The notes under the pieces: generated by a model
The model's database searches: none
What the model was told of the DNA's origin: nothing
The model's input: only the letters and a program-made list of their open reading frames with translations
DNA from: Eledone cirrhosa
Taxonomy: Eukaryota
Direction: 5' to 3'
NCBI GenBank assembly: GCA_964016885.1
Contig: OZ024743.1
Span: 341,496,001 to 341,560,000 of the forward strand
Length of the DNA stretch: 64,000 nt
Shown here: positions 54,205 to 64,000 of the stretch, in pieces
How positions within the stretch are numbered: the first letter of the stretch is position 1
Layout of the letters: each line of letters begins with the position of its first letter
Made by a program: the position numbers and the translations under genes

Positions 54205-55599
54205 TTTCTGTATAGCAATTCAAATTGAAAATCAAATCAAAATTAAAATTAAAACAAAATTAAAACAAAATTAAATACATTCGCCAGTTAACACAGATAA
54301 TGCAAGAGGATAGTTTGTTAGTCACATGCAGTAGTTAGTGTATGCGTTAGATACACGTGGGGCATGCAAGTGTGTCCCATTTATATATGATTATTGTGTG
54401 GCAGGGTGTTAAATGTAATACAAGCACTTTAAGCGGGAAAGTAAGAGTATTATGGTGGTTGTAGTTGTAAGGTATTTTTTGTATATAATAAAAAAAGTAT
54501 GTGTGCAGAAAAATAAAAATAGAAATGAGAAGCAAAAGAAAGTTATGGTTTTCGTATCCACCACCATTTTCACATTCAGGAAAAGTAATATATAGTTTTT
54601 GCATCCATCACATAAGTAACGATGATTCCGTATTGGATGTTTGATGCATTAAATTAAATTATTTTAGCTTATTGCGGCTCAGTGTTATTTAATCCAAATT
54701 TATAGAATAGGTTGATTCTGCTGCGAGAATTTAAAGCGGTTTATTATCTGGAAGTAAGTGTGTAATTAAGGGGAGTTAATGCGTAAGGGGAGGTAACTAG
54801 CTGATTTCCATAACTAAATTCATTGTTCTAACATACATTATAAGTCGCCTCAAATGAGTCCCTTATATAGACGGTTATATATTTATATCCAGTTTCCAAT
54901 TTTAAATACAGTCTACTCTATCATGATGTACTAAAGGTATCTATATTAGGATGATTACTCCCTATCATACAGTGCTACAACTGAATACTCCATACAAAGA
55001 GCCATATCTTTATATCAAAGATCACTGCAAATGTAGTTTACTCTCAGATCATGTCAGGGACCTATTAGAATTATGTCTACATAACCCCTGGTAAGTTCTG
55101 GAGCAGCGTATGGATATTTGCATGGCAAAGCCACATACATCTCTAGGGCAGACAAATACATCTCTCATTTACAATGTCATTAATCTATCCATCAAGTTAT
55201 ACTTGCATATATAACTCACATACTATTCATACATAGTTCATTGCACTCAACATATAAGTTAAACAGATATTTTATGTTAATAAATTAATCTTATATATGT
55301 CCAATGTTACCACTCCGTACATATAAATACAATTACATATATAATTCATTGTCGAATCTGGTATTTAAAGCTTATATAGACTGTATTGTATCACTATATA
55401 ATTATAAGTAATTGAAAGTAATTATACTAAAAGTAGGTGTTTATGGGGATAATTCTAGGGTATAAAGTTATAGATGGATGGAATGATTTGTGTCGAGATA
55501 GGGTGGATCAGAGAATGTGGAGTTGTGGTGTAAGGTGTGCCTTTGAGGTGTGGTGTTAGAAGTGGTGCTGGGTTCAAGTCTGACATTGTTATATATTGG

Positions 55600-56035
55600 G
55601 TTTAAAGTTTGGGAAGGAGTGCCGGAAGCGGTGCTGGCACGACGCAAACACTTCCGATTTTTTATTAAGGAGGTTATGGTTTGAGAAGATTATAGTATGG
55701 GTCTCTAGTAGACAGAGGTTACATAATTTATTAAGTGGTTTGTACGATGCCGCCTTACCTATCACTTCCCATTTAAGTGTATAAGATCTATTTCTAGTTT
55801 TTAGATAGTGTATGTAGCTAGATAGTGAAGTAGAGTTGGCTAGACTGTGTTTTTTTTAAGAATTGAGGTGTGATTTGTATCTGGTTTTGAAGCAGTTCGA
55901 AGTAGAGCCTATATAGGTTTCAGAAGAGTTGCTAGTTATGACGGTGCATGAGTATATGATGTCCTTGATTAAGCAGTTTTTATCTAAAGGGCAGGTTCTA
56001 TTAGATCAACAGTTACAATTAATTTGGATGTTAAC
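55600..56035 (-). pseudogene. Naiad-type GIY-YIG fragment (not in the ORF track)
   Basis: Manual translation: CNC*SNRTCPLDKNC..IIYSC..YIGSTSNCFKTRYKSH..CNLCLLE..LLNKKSEVFASCQH. Confidence 0.85.
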
Positions 56036-56260
56036 CTGCCGGTTATTATGTTGTGTAGAAGTCTGGTTGCTAGGTATTGCATTATGGCTATGGGGGTTGT
56101 CGCTCCCAGCGTTATTGATTTCACTAGTGCTATTAGTATTATTACTATTGATATAAAGGTTTGCAGATATAACGTTGTTTTGAGGGTTTACCCCCTGCCG
56201 TATTTTAGTTTGTTGGAAGTAAGTATTAATTTTTCATTTATTGTGAATTCTTGTGAATTC

Positions 56261-57630
<1,370 letters not shown>

Positions 57631-58205
57631 GGATATATAAAGACCCGCAAAGGGAACACCGGAGGGCATAGAGAACGTGGCTGGATGTGCAAGTTAAGGA
57701 ATGGCGGATACGGAAATACCCGTTAGGACCTGTAAGAGTGGTGAGGGTGGAAATAAAGGGACAAGTGTTGCAGCGGGAACGGAAACAAGTATGAGGGCCG
57801 GGTGGAGTCGTGGGAGAGGACGAAAAAGAACTACGAACAAGGAGGTTGTGGAGGCTTCGGGCGCGTTTAAAAGCAGTAATGGGTGGGTTTGGAAGAAAGC
57901 GACAAGTGACGGGGTCAGGAGAGAGGATACGGAAGGAAGGGAGGATATGTCGCCGGAGTGGTAGGGTGCTGGCGTGGTAGGTGAGAGCGAAAGGAACACG
58001 GGTGTTGGGTGTGATGAGGTGAGAGTGTTGTGGTGCGGCCTGTTTCACGGGCGCGGGTGAGAGCAGCTTGGATCAAGGTGGGGGGATATCCACGCTGGAT
58101 GAAGCAGGAAGCCATGCGAAGGGAATGGGTTTCGAAATAGTCGTCCTGGCTACAGGGTCGACGAAGACGGAGGAATTGGGAATAGGCTATGGTGTGTTTG
58201 GTGTG
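57631..58205 (-). pseudogene. Neptune-type PLE fragment (RT thumb, linker, first half of GIY-YIG)
   Basis: IAYSQFLRLRR..RGYP, VPFALTYH, LLVRS, CFRSRCNTC, TCTSSHVLYALRCSLCGSLYI. Confidence 0.85.
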
Positions 58206-58542
58206 GGTTGCACACACACACACACACACACACAGACACACACTTACTCATGCTTTCGCACGTGCTGAAGTATAGCTCTTTTTACAAAACTTTTTTTTTT
58301 CCCATTTCAACTAGACGCGCGCCATCATCCACTTTTCCAAAAACAAATCATACACAAAACACCAGCATGAACAGTTTTGCAAGTGATGTCAACATGAATG
58401 GACCTATTATTTTTATCTAAAGATAGTTTTTCCAATTCCATCCCTCCCGTCCCCTTAATGTATTTTAATTCTCATTCTTTCTTAACCTAATATATACCTT
58501 CCATATACTGTACCGTGCGTGTTGTTATTTCTGTTTACCTTT

Positions 58543-58610
<68 letters not shown>

Positions 58611-58778
58611 ATTAGTATATTTACCAACATATGCGTACAGATGTACACTAATGCTAGCAAATACATATGTTATGTCATAGTACCTAGGTGGTTCAATGCA
58701 GGAGGATACAGAACAATTATATGAAAGACGTAAAATAAGAAAATTTTAAAAATTAAAAATTAACTTACTAAAATTTTC

Positions 58779-58860
58779 ACTCCAACTAATTAGTTTCTGT
58801 AATGGGATAAAGATAGTTACGCAATGTAACCATCGAGAATTCATTACGTCATCAGGGAGT
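58779..58860 (-). ncRNA. Type I hammerhead with extended stem II
   Basis: Minus strand actcc-CTGATGA-cgtaatg..gatggttac-attgc-gtaactatc..cattaca-GAAA-ctaattag-TT-ggagt. Confidence 0.82.
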
Positions 58861-59219
58861 CTATTCTCAGCTAAGTCTCCAGGCAATGCGCGGACACTAG
58901 GGACTCATATAAAAATAATAATTCGGTGGATGGAACAGCTAGCGGGGACTGAATTCCATAGCACTGAAAAAGTTCACTGTCTCTGGCCAAATGGCAGATT
59001 CTAAAGAATCAATCACGTGACACTGAGGCTAGTCAGAAGGAGTGGGGTGGTATAATGACAAAAGCCTACTACCACTACAAATATATTAACTCTTACGTGG
59101 ACCTCTCAAAATTCGTTGGATTTTCAGATTGGACTTTCACTTCGAAACTGGATACCAACCCGGAGTACACCTGAACTTCCACCAGGAAATCGTTCGTATC
59201 TTTGAAATGTTCTTTGCTT

Positions 59220-59252
<33 letters not shown>

Positions 59253-59260
<8 letters not shown>

Positions 59261-59570
59261 GTGAGGTTTTTTTACAAAATGATTAAAAAAACGATGTGTC
59301 TACACGAGTTCAAGTATAGGGAAAAAAATGAAATCGAAAATGCAACTGGAGTCTTTTTAAAAAAAATATATTTATTTGGTTCCTTTACCGGTTTCGCAGT
59401 TCTTGTGCTTTTCAAAAGTAGAATTGAGATGGAGTGTTCACGAAAAACCACAAACCTTCCATCTCAGTTCTACTTTTTGAAAAGCACAAGAACTGCGAAA
59501 CCGGTAAAGGAACCAAATAAATATATTTAAAAAAAAAAAACTCCAGTAGCCTTTTCGATTTCATCTTTTT

Positions 59571-59575
<5 letters not shown>
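59253..59575. mobile_element. Family E fold-back element with two outward-facing U3-A8 hammerhead variants
   Basis: Arms ~59320-59433 and ~59458-59573; ctt-TTGAAAA-gca..tgc-GAAA-ccgg-TA-aag. Confidence 0.75.
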
Positions 59576-59614
<39 letters not shown>

Positions 59615-59619
59615 CAGTG

Positions 59620-60047
59620 TAATGGTAGATGAACAGCAGAGTGTTAAGATGTTATAAAGGTTCTAGCGTTGTCTACGAGTGTTAGTAATCTTCTGGGTGT
59701 ATCATCGAGTAACTTCATCAGTAAGTATGGTGGTCAGGATATGTCAAATACGTTACTTCAATTTAGTCAAAACTTTTTTTTTTAGCTATAAACTTCTTCT
59801 TCTACCCAACGCCGTAGTAAAACTGAATGGCGTTAAGTTAGGATTTCTTGCTGGCCATTCATGTGAACAGCGATGATCCACCCAATGCTTTGGAAATTGG
59901 ACATCAAGCCACTCACGGACAATGTTTGCAAAATAAGGGACCCCATATTGTATGAATATGGGGTCATTGGTGATGTCGCAAGTGGTCAGAGTAGTCTAAA
60001 CATTATAAGTCATTTTTGTTTGGGAGTTTCCTTCCACCCACCCTGTA
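59620..60047 (-). pseudogene. Tc1/mariner transposase C-terminal relic
   Basis: Minus strand: GVPYFANIVREWLDV..FP..EWPARNPNLTP (cf. WPARSPDLTP); caccctgta TIR-like end. Confidence 0.7.
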
Positions 60048-60565
60048 TTTAGGTATGTGTGTGTATACGAATGTGTATGTATAGAAATATTCATTCAGAT
60101 ACTCATACATACGCGCGCACACACACATACACACACACACGCACGCGCGCACGCACACACACATACACACACATATATATATAATATATATATAATTAGT
60201 AGAGCTGCAATTTGATTGCGTTCACAGGCGGTATGCCAAGATGAGCACTCGATGCTATTTGGGAGCAGATTATTCAATGGTAATAATAAATAGCATCTAC
60301 ATATTTAATTACATATGTTTATGATGCCGTACTGATTTTTTGTTCTTTATTGTATATATATATTTTTATTTGTTTGACCCGAATTACTTGGCCGTTTTTT
60401 GGGGGGTTGTGCGGATCATCGTTTAACCATCCTCTCAGTGTGTTTGGCCTTTAACGTTTGTTGTAGCTCTGGTTCATCTGAATCATTGAGCACTTGCCAC
60501 ACATCTCGGATGTTGTTTTTCGTTATTTCATAGGCCGAAATACGATTCTCGATAATTTATATTTG

Positions 60566-60605
<40 letters not shown>

Positions 60606-60789
60606 GAGAGAGAGGGGGGGATAGAGACAGATCTAACGTCCTTCTAACTTATTCTGATTATCATTCCTTATCAGATAAATGATGTCAGACATCGAGCTGT
60701 CTCAGTAAATGAAAAGGTGTTTTAAAGGCAGAGCATAGTGATTGATAACTTTCTAAAACGTTGGACGTTATTTTGTTGTCAAAGATCGA

Positions 60790-61640
60790 ATAGATGAGAA
60801 ACCGTTGAAGGTGACTCTACAGCAGTAGCTAAGCGGAACACGCCTTCTAAAGGTAATGATTTTATTAGAATATCCATATTTGTACTAAAGGTGCAGTAAA
60901 GTAACGATAAGAACAGCAGAAAATAAACGAGAGCAATTGATAATGATTTCAACGTTTCTAGGCACACTATCAGAAGGACTGTGTATGGGTATTACTAACA
61001 CTATAATCATATGAGATGCATAGAAGGCAATCCTTGTCTGAAAAAACAAAATATATTCGTTTGATTTGTTGGGTAAATCGAAACGTCGAGAGCCTAGAAT
61101 GCTTTGGCTTTTCTCTGATTAGAAAACTTCCATCAGAAAGAAAAGGTCAACCTAAGAAAGACATTTGTTTATGCAGAAACACTAAATTAGTCCCAACGGT
61201 CATACACACACAGTTTCTGGTGACTGTGATAAAACTGAAAGTTGTGTCAATTGTTATTAAATATAAGGATTATGTTAGAGTGGGTTGTGAGGCCTTCGAT
61301 GGAATGCGTAAACAAAGGAAGACCGTACAGATACCAACAAAACTCTGTATCTTCAATAAGACCAAGATGACCGGAGAATGGATGAACTAGCCTTCACGAT
61401 AACGTTACCTAAATTATATATCCTGCTAGCTCTTTCAACCCAAATCTGTTGGGCTACTACGTATGGGGTGTGGTTGAGAAGGAAGTCAGCCAATCCCTCC
61501 AAAACTATAAAATCTCGGAAGTCCACCATAACTTGCATAATATTTAAAATAGATAAAGATTATCTGAATCGAGTATGTCAGCGATTTAGAGCTTTTATTG
61601 AAGCAGTCGTTGAGGATAGCGAGGTAATTATTAAGTAGAT
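60790..61640 (+). pseudogene. Tc1/mariner transposase relic (second family)
   Basis: YPASSFNPNLLGYYVWGVVEK (cf. WPPSSPDLNPLDY.VWG) and RVCQRFRAFIEAVV. Confidence 0.7.
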
Positions 61641-62674
61641 GGGTGAAGATAAATCGCAAGATTCATGCCATTTTGATTTTCAAATCCTGCTCTTTTTTCA
61701 TGACATATACGTCTTTTACTAAAGCCATAAAAATGGCCTCGAAGAACTGATCGATTTGTATAAATTATGTGGCGGACTTTATCATTCTTATACAGAAATA
61801 TGGAAATTATTATTTCCGTGGCATTAACGATGGTTTAGGAGTGCAGTGAATAGATAAGGTTTATGGTATTTATGGTCATATATGCCTTTACAGGTTGGTT
61901 TCATTACAAACATAATGTTGATTAAAATGGAACTCTGTGTTTGGCGAAGAGGGTTCCATTTGTTCAATCAACAGAACATCTTACTCATGAAATTAATGTA
62001 TTACCAACTGAGCATTTCTCAGATACATGTACACTTCATATAATTCTGAGGTAGATTCAACATGAATCTTGCGTGACAAAGCTTTTCCATTGTATTACAT
62101 ATACATTCCACACGACGGACATCTAAACAGATTCCGCCTACTGAAATTTACTCACAAGGCCTGCGTCGACTTTTGCGGAAGATGCAACGCAGTGGCATAG
62201 AAGCTGGAATGTAAGGATCGTGAAGCAAACACTCAGCAATACTACAACCACAATCTTAACTACAAGACAATAGAATGCGTAACATAAGCTATAGGTAAGA
62301 ACGCATGAAAATCTATTATTGGTTTAAGAAGACAAGCAGTTAATATACCAGAATGTATACTGATATGCAGCGTTGTGTCATTTTCAAAATAACGTGTACA
62401 TCAGTGTCGAACTTAAACAGCGAATGGTAAAACCATGATTACATTAATAGTTGGTCATGTTATTTTGCGGAGACGTTTAGGCAGGCATAATGAGTACAGG
62501 TGAAGAGACACACGTACAAAGAGAGAGAATGAGAGAGAGAGAGAGAGAGAAAAAGGGGGAGGGGAAGAGATGTACATATATATATATGTATACACATATG
62601 TATATTTATATACGAATACAACGTTTTCTGATACATACACACACACACAAACACACACACACACACACACACTC

Positions 62675-62803
<129 letters not shown>

Positions 62804-62807
62804 GAGG

Positions 62808-63060
62808 TTATATTTAATTTGTTGGGATACAACAAGCAAGATATATTTATAACTGATATAAAACACTCAACAAATTACTGGAGATTCCAACCAGAATGGT
62901 TGCATTTTTTCAGGGTATGTTATTATTTATTTATAAAACTAACCTATATTATATTTTATCTGATGAAAGCGCACCATAGTTTGCCTTGGTGGCCCTTGAA
63001 ATATGTATAATGAAATAAATAAGGTTTTATAAATATAGTTTCCGTTTGTTAATATATTGT
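62808..63060 (+). mobile_element. Family A fold-back mini-element with a hammerhead at 62953-63018
   Basis: attttat-CTGATGA-aagcgcacca..tggtggccctt-GAAA-tatgta-TA-atgaaat; inverted family A 3' end at 62808-62884. Confidence 0.75.
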
Positions 63061-63076
63061 ATATATATATATATAT

Positions 63077-63445
63077 ATAAAATATTAAACAAATAATGAA
63101 TAAAACAATGAAACAGTTCCTTATATTAAACAAAAAAAGTTCATTATTTAACGATCGTTTCTAGGATATATATGTGTTAGAATTGGCATGCATGAATATG
63201 CATGCCAATTCTAACACATATATATCCTAGAAACGATCGTTAAATAATGAACTTTTTTTGTTTAATATAAGGAACTGTTTCATTGTTTTATTCATTATTT
63301 GTTTAATATTTTATCTTGACTCTGTATTCCGTTTATCTTTCACCGAAAGTGATTTTTCATTACATCTCTTCTTTCCATGATATCCGGAATACATTGAGTT
63401 CTTCATACGGATTGGACACTACCGTAAACTCTTGGTAGATTTATC

Positions 63446-63450
<5 letters not shown>
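63077..63450 (+). mobile_element. Family F fold-back: ~117-bp perfect inverted arms with a 4-nt spacer, carrying an HHR 3' half
   Basis: 63077-63193 versus 63198-63314; GAAA-cgatcg-TT-aaataa. Confidence 0.8.
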
Positions 63451-63469
<19 letters not shown>

Positions 63470-63483
<14 letters not shown>

Positions 63484-64000
63484 TGAGCATATCTGTCTCT
63501 GTGTATGTGTGAGTTTGAATCCCTAAAACTAGAGAACCACCCAACCGACTGTTTTCAAACTTTACATATGTAATACGTATTGTTCAGGGAGTGTTCTGAG
63601 CAAAGAGATTTCAAATTTTCAATACCTTAGGGACCGCATTAGGCGATTTAGGGATCTCTCTCTGTAATTATTAGTCTTTCTCTTTTTAGATAGATACATA
63701 GATATAACGTCGCGCCTTTATCATATCTGTCTGTATGTCTGGCTGTCTGCATTACGTCACTTCCTACAATTCGCTCTGCGTCCAGGACGCGCCCTTATAA
63801 TATCTGTCTGTATGTCTGGCTGTCTGCTGCCTCCGGTTATTCTGCCAGCCTTGCTCAAGACAAATCTTGGGCGAAATTCTTTCCTTGCTCACATTTCAAC
63901 CAGGTTTGATGGTCTTTTGTCTCTTGTTCACGATTTCATAGAGTTTATATTCATAGAGATCTGGGACTTGTCTATTTCTACTCACTTTCCGTTGCTTAAA
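63470..64000 (+). mobile_element. Possible non-autonomous Helitron-like 5' end; carries a segment of the 770-bp tandem unit
   Basis: tatataaaactgag..tgtct microsatellite..aaaactagagaaccacccaaccgac..tcaaacttt layout; 63870-64000 matches 28426-28554. Confidence 0.4.

Noticed and set aside
55995-56020. In-frame TGA after CNC in a Naiad fragment, considered as selenocysteine because some Naiads are reported selenoproteins
   Set aside because: It aligns with Arg (CNCR in 23783 and 39273), consistent with CGA>TGA decay. The copy has other lesions, the Cys positions are ordinary, and no SECIS was recognised.

Overview
AT-rich, microsatellite-saturated eukaryotic DNA with no recognisable host-gene exon. 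The SINE types and (TA)n/(CA)n load suggest an Octopus-like cephalopod intergenic or intronic region (inference). Almost all short ORFs in the track are microsatellite artefacts. Real coding sequence is transposon-derived: one Tx1/L1-clade LINE with an uninterrupted ORF2 (16700-20137) inserted into the (TATC)n tail of an older relative; about nine Penelope-like element (PLE) copies or fragments (Naiad/Chlamys-type and Neptune-type RT + GIY-YIG); RTE and Tc1/mariner relics; and tRNA-derived SINEs. The most striking signal is non-coding. More than 20 type I hammerhead-ribozyme (HHR) motifs from many unrelated sequence families sit at PLE 3' ends and in short fold-back elements embedded in (TA)n tracts. 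They include a tandem pair defining a 537-nt retrozyme-like monomer, a family with a U3-A8 core and a family with a CUGAGAA core. All structures were read by eye; no folding or database searches were run.
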